Shown here piece after piece: positions 26,940 to 37,914 of a DNA stretch of 58,175 nucleotides. This stretch comes from Sphaeroforma arctica JP610 (Eukaryota): contig NW_014040377.1 in the NCBI RefSeq assembly GCF_001186125.1, positions 64,818-122,992 of the forward strand, read 5' to 3'. Each line of letters opens with the position of its first letter. Positions within the stretch are counted from its first letter, which is position 1. A program made the translations under genes and the position numbers. The notes beneath the pieces are model-generated. The model worked only from the letters and a program-made list of their open reading frames with translations. It was not told the DNA's origin and made no database searches.

Positions 26940-27336
26940 CCTATCTTGGCTACTAATGTGACCCCCCATGGTATTTAGCCACAGGCTATTGTGCCGTTCT
27001 TTAGGAACTTGTTGTTTGTGTTTTCGACTATCATTGGATTTTGTTCTAGTAATGACAAGAATTTGGGAAACCACGTTGCGTTTGGGTAGTACGGGACACA
27101 TATCATGATGCTGTGGCTTCCTCTATGACCTTGTCAAACACGTCGGGTAATAGTTCCCAGGGAGGATTCGCCCATGCGTCTATTTCATCTGCCCACTTTT
27201 GTAGAAGCGCGTTTTGTTCTTTGGCGTAGAACTTTGCGGTTTGGGCATTGTGTGCAGCTGCAAATAAATCGATGGTGAATTTACCAAACAGCCCTTCTGC
27301 ATTTTGAAAGAATCGGGGATGTAATTTCCAGTCCAT
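26940..27336 (-). pseudogene. Dam-like DNA amino-(N6-adenine) methyltransferase domain inside Gypsy pol
   Basis: MDWKLHPRFF...FGKFTIDLFA (motif I, DLFA at 27259-27270)...NAQ...FY...NALLQKW...WANPPW (motif IV, NPPW at 27157-27168)...KVIEE, then after a frameshift SIMICVPYYPNATWFPKFLSLL...IPWGVTLVAKI. This is the pattern of the DIRS/phage Dam-type MTase. Confidence 0.88.
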
Positions 27337-27449
27337 GGCAGATACTAAGATGGACATGTTTGTTTTTAGGTCAGTGCAATCTTGACCATTGTGTATGTGC
27401 TCGTAGGCTTCTTTCAACACATTCGATGTTTTGATGTTGAATTTGTCTT

Positions 27450-29314
27450 CGTGTAGTCTTGACAATCTGTCAGCAACTTCATTATCTTTGCCTGGCACGT
27501 GTATGATCGTGAAGTGGTGATGCAATGTTTTTGCTATCCACTTCGCGAGCATGGGATGCAGCGTTTGCTGCTTGTTCATCTGGCATAACGCTTTGTGATC
27601 TGTTCACAATGTTATATCGCCGCCTTTGATATATTCTGAAAAATGTTCCAGACTGTATACGAGTGTAATAACTCTTTATTATTTGTCCCATATCTTTGTT
27701 GTGCAGGATTGAGACCTTTTGAGAAATAGAGTATATCTCTTCTGACTCCATCTACGATCTGGAACAGACAACCTCCTATGCCATAGTCGCTTGCATCGTT
27801 CATGATCTGAAACGGTACCCCATCTACTGGGTACTCCAGAGTTGCTGAGCATGCAATGGCATCTTTGAGTTCTTCCCATTTCTTAATGAGCTCTGGTGTC
27901 CATAGTTTGGCTATATTTTGATTCAATTTTGCCCTTCATGAGATTGCGGAAGTGTTTCGTTATGTGTGCAAACTGCGGTATGTGGTCTCGCATGTAATTT
28001 GCTAGGCCGACTGCTCAATGTAAGTCACGTTTGGTTCTTGGTAAAGGCCAATCAATCACGCGTTTCTGTTTCTCCGGGTCTGTTTTGAGCCCTTTGATAG
28101 TTACTTTGACGCCTAATATATTGACGGTCTTGACTGCAAACGCGCACTTGTTGTGATTTAGCCTGAAGTTGGCCGCATTATGTCTTTTGACGACTTTACG
28201 TACTGTTTGTCTGTGTTCATCTTCTGTCATACTAGCGATGACTATGTCATCTGCATATACTTGTACTCCTTTAATGTCAATGAGGAGGTTGGCCATCTCT
28301 ATTTGGAATTGTGCTGTTAGCGAGTGCAGTCCAAATGGAACTGACTTGAATGAGTATTGTGCCCCTCTCCATGAAAATGTGAAGAAGTGTTGGCTATTCT
28401 CATGTACTTTAAAGTGATGGACTCCTCCTGCTAAGTCTAATTTGGAGAAGAAGTGCGCACCTTGTAGATTCTTTGGTAAGACGAATTTGTCTTGTTCATG
28501 TTGATAGTTTACTTCTCGTGAGTCGAAACATGTGCGGACCTTTTTTAACAGACCTGTCTGTTCTAATTCTCCTGTGGATAATAGTGGCAGGTTCACCTGT
28601 GTGGACGTTGTCCTTATGTATATGTGTCCATCTTTGACCCATTTCTGAACATTTTCATCTGTTTGTGGTATGTACTTGTGTGGAACAAAGTTCACTTTAG
28701 CGTGACGAATGTTCTTCGCTTTAACCTCTCGACTTGGGATTTCTACCACTGAGCCTAGTAAATTGCAGTGTACATCTGGTGGGATTTGACCATTTTGTTC
28801 CAACAAGTCTGAGAGTGATTCTCTGAATCCTTCTTGTTCATGTTCAGGGTCTTCTTCATGTGGTGTATGAAGTGATTCCCACTTGGCATCTGTTGGTAAT
28901 AATGGGTTGATTATGCCTGCTAAGTATATGCACAAGTATGGTAGAATGTCCATTCCTAATATGATTGGTGATTTCTTGTCTGGGAGGTCAAGTATCTCGA
29001 AGCAGTTTGAGGTTTTTCTGCCTCCGTAATTTATATCACATACTTCTGTGGAGCCTGTACGTTGTACTCTTGCATCTGATTGTGCAAGTTGCATGTATCC
29101 AGATTGCTGCACTTCGGTCCATGCAAGAGCGTTGTGCCCCTGAATATACTAATCCCGTTTTGTATGTGATGCCATTGATTTGTATGTTTATGTGCAATCG
29201 TTGGTCGCGTGGATTCGGAAGTAAAGAAATGGGTGTGTAATCAATATCATTCGCATTTATTGACAACGTTTCTTCATCAGTGTGTGCATTCACAATGTCT
29301 ACCATGTTTATCAT
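27450..29314 (-). pseudogene. Aspartic protease, reverse transcriptase and RNase H of the Gypsy element (frameshifted)
   Basis: PR: GLV(D>Y)SGA...IILGMD. RT: VRTCFDSREVN, FSKLDL, FTFSWRGAQYSFKSVPFGL, YADD (28246-28257). RH: NDASDYGIGGCLFQ, QQRYGTNNKEL, HVPGKDNEVADRLSR. Confidence 0.95.
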
Positions 29315-29338
29315 GTTAGCTTCCGACCACCAAGCTTT

Positions 29339-30928
29339 TCAAAGCTCTTCATCCATCTCTATCTCTTTCACCTTGTTGCCATTGGTAATGGCCAACTGGT
29401 CAACATGGACAGTTTGATTCTGTTGCGCTGCTCGAGCTTCTGCCTTTAGACGATTGCTGTTCACCTTGTTGGGGCACTTGCTGAACGCATGTGGTGAGGG
29501 GTTGGCACCACAGTGTGGGCACGGTCGTGGACCTCGTGGTGCTGGTGTATCCGTGGCCTGTCCTATGGGACGGCCTCTGACTTGCTCTCCTGGTGGACCT
29601 CCACCTCTCGGTGCGCCTCCACAGCTTGTTGCTCCTCCCCCTCTGGGAGGGCCCCCCTGAAGTATTTCCAGTCTTGGGCGAGTGACGAGTGGTTCATACG
29701 CTAGTGCATTCTTCGCTCGCTTGGCTTCACGTTTGCGATTAGCTTGTGTTATTGTTGATTGTCTGATCATGTCTTCGGTGAGTTCATGAAATACCTTCTC
29801 TGAGATGTCAGATAAGTGCCTACTACTCCCGTCTGGTTTTGTTTGAGCCTTGATTATCTTGTCTGTTTCCGCTTGCAAACCAGACATGACCAGTACCTGG
29901 TAACGTGATGCTTTGAGGAGTAGCCAATTGATAGCCTCTCGCTCTGTGCCCTTGTAACGTTTCTCTAACTCAAACATTGTGTGACGTAGCCGTGCTGCTC
30001 GTACTTCGACATTCATACGAGTGTCATAGAAGTCGTTGAGCCACTTCTCCAGTAGGTAGTCTATTGGAGTGCGACGTAGGTTGTCAATGACTAATATGTT
30101 GTAGTCCTTCACATCAGTGAAGTCTTGCCAAAGCTGCTTGGTACTACGTATATTGTTGAGTGCAGTGCGCGATACTTCAGTGGCATCTGTCTGTCTGAGT
30201 AGTTCTTGTACTAGTGAGAGGTACTGTATCAACGGCATGTTTGTGCCCGCAAACAAGTCTTTGGCTACAGATACAAACTCAATTGTATCACGACAATCGG
30301 CCATGCTGATCTGTTTGCCTATTGGCCACATAGGGAACTCACTCATCTTGAGTAGTTTGTTCAGTTCTGGTTCTGAAGCTTTGTCCCCTTCGTGAGATCT
30401 CATTAGAGTTAACTCGCTCATAAAGTCACTGATCGCAATGCACTCATCGTGATCACTTTTGTCACAGTTCTTCATCTCTTTATTGTATAGCTATACTAAC
30501 CACTAATATATTACTGGTACTAAACGTTTGGGTTGTTGTTCATGGACTGCTTTGCGCAGTTTGTGAAACGCTCTGATGTCAATGGGGTCGTCCGCTGTTT
30601 GTGCGTACAACTTGTCTACTAATATGCCTGCTATGTAGTAGTTACTGTCATAGATAGTCTTATCTAAGACTATGTGACACTTACTCATCGCTGGATCCAT
30701 TGGAGCTCTTGCTGGTGTGGACTCATCTTCCATCTGCATAGCTCTCTCCACATTGTGTGGGGTAGATGTGCGTGACGATGTTTGCGAGACCGGCATTGTG
30801 CTTGTTGCTACTGGTCTTGTGTTGGCAGTGCGACTTGTGCTCCCTCTTGTGTGTGTACGGCTTGAGCTTACTTGTATGCGTAGGCTCCTTCGCGCTGCGC
30901 GTGTTCGTTGGTATGGTGCAGACGTCAT
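29339..30928 (-). pseudogene. gag-like ORF with C-terminal zinc knuckle, interrupted by in-frame stops
   Basis: ORFs 30503-30928 and 29339-30475 are in the same frame. A Gly/Pro/Arg-rich linker leads to CPHCGANPSPHAFSKC (CCHC). In frame with pol across a single TGA. Confidence 0.8.
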
Positions 30929-33203
30929 TGACTGTTCTATATGTGGCTGTGCTGATTGCAGGGCCTTGTGTTGGTGTGGCTTGAATTGCTCATGTTCGAA
31001 TTACCTGGGTTTATTTGGAGAGTTTTTGGTTTGAGACGATAAACCTGGGTTTATGATGGGTTATCGGTTGTAAACCTGGTTTCTCTTGTAACTTGGTTTC
31101 TGGAATTTTAAACCTGTAATTCAGTTTTATAAGTTTTTGTTATATTTTCTGTTTTATTTGAGTCTCGGTGATTTATGACTTTGAATTTTTCAGAAGAAAT
31201 ATGATTTTATTTGCCTTCTATGCTCGTATACAATTTCAGTCTAAGTGTACCTTTGTGATACCCTTTTGTATACGTGTAGTATTCCTTGTACCCCCTTTTC
31301 TTTGTATATCTGATGTTTATTGGTTTCTTATGAGTTGCTGGGTGTACTGCTATGCTTGTGCATGCTTGTGTAGGCCCACTTGCGATTGTGTGTACACGTT
31401 TATGATTCTTGGTTATGTGAATTGCCATCAATTGTTGGTGGATATATTTGTTCTCGCCTGTGTTGTTCGTGCGGGCATATGTGCCGTGTATTCGGATCAC
31501 TTCTCACGTGTTGAGTTTGTATTATGCTTGTCCTTAATTCGGTGTACGATGGTTTCTTTTTAATACATGTCTAGGTCGTGGACCATGTGAATGTTTTAGT
31601 GATGTGCTTGTGAATTGCTTCAATGGTGTGTTTGTTAAGAGCTTCTTGTATCGGGCAGTGTTTCTGCGACTAATATTGTTTTAGCTATCTTGTCCTTATT
31701 GAATTGGTTGTCCACTTTTAGTGGTAACGGGTGTAATTCCTTGTGATTTCCCTTGTATTCAAATGGTAGATGTATAGAAGTGATTTCACTTAGCGTCGGT
31801 GTTTCGAATCTGTCTCTGTAGTTGAGATTTGTTTGTTATCTCATAGGTGGTGTGCTTATGGACTGTTACTGTTTAGGTGGTGCTCCTAGGTGTGTTGTGA
31901 TTTTGTAATCTTCCTCGTCGATTTCGATTCAGATTAGGCTTCTGTGGTGTGCGAATCTGACTGTATTCCCTGTGAATGTGTTAGACATTCTTGTTCTTTT
32001 CTGTATCGCCTTTACACCGTTGTCTATTAGTTTCAATAAGCTCCGTTCTGATGTGTAATGCTTGTCTTATCTCTATGGTGTTGGAATGAGATCAGCTATT
32101 TAGGATTGAGTTGCGCACGCGTATGCTTCCCCTGCTCTGGGTTGTATTATCCTTTATCTAGCCAGTGTTTGTTACATATGTGCTTACCACTTCTTAATAT
32201 TTTCAGGCCTCCTTGTACTTACTTGGCTATAACTATTAACCCTCTATTTGATTGTGATCACTTGTGTAGATCACTTGTGTAGATCTGATTTGTTCGTGCT
32301 CTAATCTTATTGTTGTGGAGTTCTTAACTGTTACGTTACAACGTGGTTTTAGTTATTATTCTACCCCGTTTGTCCTGCATAATATTACTTGTGCGATTCA
32401 AGTTGATATTCTGTTTGCGGGTGATTTGATATCATTTATTTGAGTGATTTGGTCGGTGTATATGAATATGAAGTTATTGCTCGTGTCTGTATACACAACA
32501 CCACTCTGTTGATTCTTTAAGCATGTGAATATTGTTACTCTTGGTGTTTTCAATTAGACTTTCCTTTTCTGTGTTCAGTGCCTTGTGCTCTTGTGTGCAG
32601 TGTGCTTATTCTTCACGTGTATTGTACAAGTTCTTATTGGTGATGTTCAGGCGTTTATTTTTTGTGTGTTGGGGTGAGGTTCTTTAGCCTTGTGTGATTT
32701 CACTGATTTAGATTTTTACCTTATCTTTGAACCCAATGTTGGTGGTCAATATTTGTGGAACGTGTGTACGTGCGCGTCTTGTGTGCTATTTTCTAGACCC
32801 CCTTTTTGTACTGTCCTTCTTGTATGACACACTATCTTTTCTTTTCCCAACATTGATAAATAAATCACCTTGACACTTTTCTATTTTGTTTTAGAACTTC
32901 TGTTCACCTAATATGAATATAAGACACGTTATGTCTTCATACAGTCACATTGGTTGAAGGTCTTCACTTGCTCTGTTACAAGGGGAAACTGAGTCTTCTA
33001 TTCTCCTCGAACTAACTGGTCCTGCCGGTTCTCCATCTTCTCTTGTCTGAAGTTCCTTCTCAGCAGTGGGGAGCCTTCCGTCTTTCTTTCTTGGGCCCCT
33101 CATAGTTCTTCTGCCCACTTTGGCAATTCTCTTTCTCAATGCCTTATGGTCAATTATTCTTCCTTAGCTGATAGACTTACCGTGGTAAGGATATTGTTAA
33201 AAA

Positions 33204-33535
33204 TGTAGAGTTTGAGAGTGGCTGATAAGATACGACCAGAAGAAACAATAGACCTCTTCTCAAGTGCGAATCCTACAGCTAGGTAGAGTCCTCGGCTGCA
33301 GGACTCGCATTGAGTCTTTATTTGTGTATAGTATTTTCTACACTAGATTCAATATTTACTCAAGTGTTTCTCTCACATGCGGGAGTCCCGGTATCATCTA
33401 CCGGTAGTCCCGCTATATTTCTGATCACTCTATAATCATAATTATTGGATTCTAGATCCAAAACTCAGTATTTGATAATCCTGGGTTTTGGGTTTAGGAT
33501 TGGCTTTTCTGATAATCTGGCCCCTGGATGCTACA
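33204..33535 (-). repeat. 5' LTR of the Gypsy element (~332 bp)
   Basis: TGTAG/CTACA terminal inverted ends at 33204 and 33535, AATAAA on the minus strand (33317-33322), and identity to the 3' LTR remnant. The inner boundary is inferred because the 3' LTR is truncated. Confidence 0.75.
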
Positions 33536-36500
33536 TCTGGTGTATCTTGCACCGACATTTTACCTGGCAAACTGGTAGTCCCAGAAAATGAAATTCGGGG
33601 GCTTTTCTTCGTCGGATTTTGTTTCGGGACTGAGACTCAATCAGAGGAGTTTGTAAAGTTTTTAGATTTCCGTCTTCAGTCTCTTGTCCATACTCTCATA
33701 ACTGACAGGAAAATCACCAAGATAGTTTTTGACAACATCCTGAATGCTAAGGTGAGTGTAAGTACAATTAAGGATTTAGTGCATACACGCACTCGTGCGC
33801 AACCAGAATGTGCTGCACAATTTTCTATATGTGAGCGGGATAGAGAGGGCCGCGATCCACTTATGCATCTTTCTTTCCATAGTCCTTCGGTGACGGAATT
33901 GTGTGCCAGGCACATTGGTGGGGTCTGGTGCATTTTGCACCGATATTTCACCTGGCAAACTGGGAGTCCCAGAAAATGAAATTCGGGGGTTTTTCTTCTT
34001 CGGATTTTGTTTCGGGACTGAGACTCGATCAGAGGAGTTTGGAAAGTTTTTAGAGTTCCTTCTTCAGTCTACACTGGTGACTAAAATATGAGGAAGTTAC
34101 TATTAAATCCTTTAAGGGCTTTACGGTATTATATATGTGTTTATATGTACGTGCTTTCTACTTCTTTCTATTGTAATATTCATATGATCCTGTTATATAA
34201 GGATTTGATAATCGTAAATTGAGGCATAAATAAATGACTTTTTAGACTAAAAAAAAGAGTCACCCGTGTCAGGGAGAATTACAATTTATCAAAATGATGA
34301 TCGACTGACAATTTCCAGAAGGCCGTGATATATGCACGTTTTATCACTTTAAGGGCAACTTTGAAATAAATACGTTCATATACTAAAATAAACATAATCA
34401 CGGCTGGGACGCCGTTGGATGTGAAAGTGATAGCTTAGGGGGGCTCAAAGGGGGTTCTACAGTAGTGCATACAGATAAGAGAAAAACATCACGGCATAGT
34501 ACGAATCAAGTTTACGGTTTCAGTGATAAGTGGAATAATGTGTACTGAATATCAATGAAGGTTCATATGTGAGCACATTTAGATCGTCAAAATGAATGTA
34601 CTGAATATGAAAGGAGAAACAACCGCCATATATACGCTTCGTCACTTTGAGGGAAAATGTGAAAGATGTTCATATACTGAAACAAACGTACTTATAAATC
34701 TATAGTGAAGCACGGCTGTGCCGCCGTTTGAATTGGAAACGGAATTCTTGGGGGACTTCAAGGGTGCCTACAAATAAAGGAAGAGTACGTCACAGCAAAA
34801 GCAAAGATATATTACAATATTGAGCCTGAAGTTCACGTACTTAAATATCCAAGTGAAGAGAGAGCGATTGCTTTTTGTCCGTGAACATTTGAACTTAAGT
34901 AACGCCGTTTGATATTTCTGTACTGAAAGTTGCTACAAACTCAACAATATAATTAACATTTTCCTCTAAATCTTTATACTAAATTACACTACGGAGTTGG
35001 CGATGCCAAATACCACAAAAGCTACTATATCCAGTGATCCCGGGATTCATATAGCAATAAAAAAAAATGACAATAATAAAGCTGACCATTCGCGCATCAC
35101 AACTTATATATTTCTAGAAATAATGCCCGATTATCCTATAAAGACACGTGCTTTCAACGACCTGGATGATGGCGAAGCTGAGGTTGCCGAGACTACTGAC
35201 AAACACTGAGTCAGATTTAAGTGGAGAACCAGGCTCGCATTCAGTAGAACATCAATGTTTTCCTCTGAAAGACTACATGAGCTGAGCGAATCAACACATG
35301 GGTCCCAACAGGAACACTATCGGCACTATCGTGGACATGGAATAATGGCGTGTACAAATTGGTGAGTTATTCAATTGCAACGATCGATTTTTCGAGTAAA
35401 CGGATATTATGGCGTAGAATAGCATTTACGAGATCAAATAGCGATTGTAAAAAACATATCCTCAAAACTCTAAAGTCTGTGCGAAAGTTCCTGTCCTCCC
35501 CCCTAATATTGTGGGGACTTCGATCGACCCCCCCCCCCCCCCCGTCCCGTCCGTCGGACCGGGGGGGGGTACCGGGGGGGGGGACGGGGGGGGGTTAGGG
35601 GGGGGTAACGGGGTTAACGTTAACTTAACCTTAACGTTAACTTTAACGNNNNNNNNNNNNNNNNNNNNAACTAACTAACGTAGTCGGTAACGTACGTCGT
35701 CCTCCCTACCTACTATGGTCGGTCGTCGACCCCCGACCCCCCGTACCCCCGTCCGCGACGGACGGGGGACGGGGGGGGGGGAGGGGGGAGGTTTACAACA
35801 ATATTCCTTCGGAATAAATATGACAGAAGGAAGACTTGAAGGGTATCAAATAGTCATACCAGTAGGGGTCCCTTTTGGAGGTAGATATAAGTCAACGCAT
35901 AATATTATGTGGGGACTAAGTCACCCTGAAAGAGTTGGATCACCCGCAGCACTCGGTCGTCTCAATATACCACACCATGTATTGTATTTTAAAAGCCGTG
36001 ATACCCAGCTTATCTTCTTCTGATTTGTACTAGAGTATGTCATGACACGGTAAGACAATCGATCGACTTACAATAAACTCCCTATACAATTTACTGGAAT
36101 AAAAGATGCATACGACCGTGACTATGATTATATCCTACGTTGTGTGTGATAACATTACCGTTAAACATACGCACGTTTATTCCCTCAAAGATGGATAGGA
36201 ATAGCTTAATTTAAGTATATATGATCCCTGTAGAGACTTCCGAAGAGAAGGCACTCTTCCCAATCTTAGGAGTAAGTGTATGAGGGCACCTGACCTCCAC
36301 CAGTGTAGGAGGGGAAAGCAAAGTTTACTTTGCACTCCACCATCTACGATCCTATGAATAACTTACCTACTTTTATACTGTCTATGACAGTACAATAGAG
36401 CTTCGAAAATATAATTGAGTGCAAATAATACGTCATTCACTTATACGTGCATATATATAAAAGTCCCGTTGTATTGCTGTTCAGACAGATATTGTTCGTA

Positions 36501-37914
36501 GCTGTGAGTGGACAGTATGTCGTGTATATGAAGTCCTTTGCTATAATCAATAATATAGCAACGTAATTTTAACGTATCCATGAGTGCGAACACACAATAG
36601 ATACAAATATCTATGTCTATCTAATATTGTAGTACAGCACTGTTACGATGTAAAGCATTTATACGTAATGTGAGCGTGAATCCAAACTCAGGGCATTGCC
36701 ATATCATGTCCCAGGACAAATCACAACATCTTAATACGGAACCAGTTATTACGCATGTAAAAAATGGGACACTCCCCAACCATGCAGTTAGTGAATTGGT
36801 AATTGTCACGTCACACAATGTTCTGAGCAATGATGTGCACGAGATACACTTTTCAGCGGAAGCTATGATTGCTATCAATGGCATAGGTGGTAAAATCTCT
36901 ATCAACTCTTCGATCCGCTCGTGTTTGGTCAATATACTGAGCAATAGATCGTTTATCTTGGTGACTTCCGTTTGACAAGCTCCGTCCTTATGAACGATAT
37001 AGTGTTTACACATAGCAGTAACATGTTTGTTTAGCTCGACCAATTTATGCATGTGTCGATCAGTAGCAATGGACAAATCAGGATGTTAATACGATCAGGA
37101 ACAATATCAAAATTAACGCGGTAGAATATGAAACAGAAGGATGAAACGAATCGCAGTGTGCTGCATCAACTGTCATATATTGAAAATGTAGTTATTTTCT
37201 TCTCATATTACCGAGTGCTATATTTATATCATCTTACTGTATCACTGTGTTGGTCACGACTTGTATAGCACAAAAAACTTATATCTGAGAGAACCCTTGC
37301 TGGTTGATTCCAAAATCTGCAATAGGTTCGTATGGGTGTCATAATCGACACTATTTTGACAACCTTTTCAAATTGCACCGATTTCAGTGACGACTGGGAC
37401 ACTAGTTTGCAATATGAGTATATATCTTTCACTACCTTGCTATCGTTGTCCAAGTGCCCTTCTGATATTTACTTGTACAAACCGAAAGCGATTGCCCAAC
37501 TATATGAAAAGACAACATATCTTTCCAGACTCCTGTCAACTTGTTGGTCTTAGTTTGCCATGAGCTGTACTAGTAGTCCCGACCATACAAACTATGTGTC
37601 ATGTCCGGCCGGATTATAGCAGTGATGCTGAAACTCTTACAGCTTGTTTCTTTTGTTTCGTGCAATTTCAAAACATTACAAACTGAAAGCAATTGCCGAA
37701 CTACTTGTGACAGGCAATGTAGCTAAACAGACTCCTGTGAAATGATTGGTCCTGGTTTTGGCAGGAGCTGTAATATTAGTCACTACCACAAAAATATGTA
37801 TCCTTTCTTGCCGGATTATAGCAGTGTGCGGAATTTTTTTACAATTTGATACTTTGTTCACTGACTGAATTTGCGTTGCAACAGATTTGCTTTAAGGATA
37901 GGGGTTTAGACCGG

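Larger units (their letters stand above)
24654..33535 (-). mobile_element. Decayed Ty3/Gypsy (chromovirus-like) LTR retrotransposon: LTR-[extra ORF]-gag-PR-RT-RH-MTase-IN-CHROMO-PPT-LTR
   Basis: Domain order read on the minus strand (see sub-features). A ~154-bp LTR segment is shared between 33382-33535 and 24746-24899 with ~9 mismatches by eye. A PPT-like AGTTGGGGGGC abuts the 3' LTR start. Confidence 0.95.
24506..34073 (+). mobile_element. Host LTR of a second family (TGTAG...CTACA, ~400-bp unit, internally duplicated), split by the Gypsy insertion; pieces at 24506-24648 and 33536-34073
   Basis: 24512-24648 matches 33683-33818, and 33536-33682 matches 33925-34070. The outer termini are TGTAG (24506) and CTACA (34073), followed by a PBS-like TGGTGAC at 34075. 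Confidence 0.65.

Noticed and set aside
1673..27336. Functional link between AHCY (SAH removal) and the TE methyltransferase
   Set aside because: They are 24 kb apart, and AHCY is an ordinary host gene outside the element; the proximity is most likely coincidence.
24654..33535. Classifying the MTase-bearing element as a DIRS element
   Set aside because: It has an aspartic protease, a DDE integrase with GPY/F and chromodomain, direct LTRs and a PPT; no tyrosine recombinase or inverted/split terminal repeats were seen.
35520..35795. G/C homopolymer-rich, quasi-palindromic sequence and Gly/Pro ORFs around the N-gap
   Set aside because: Looks like low-quality read-end noise at a contig gap, not biology.
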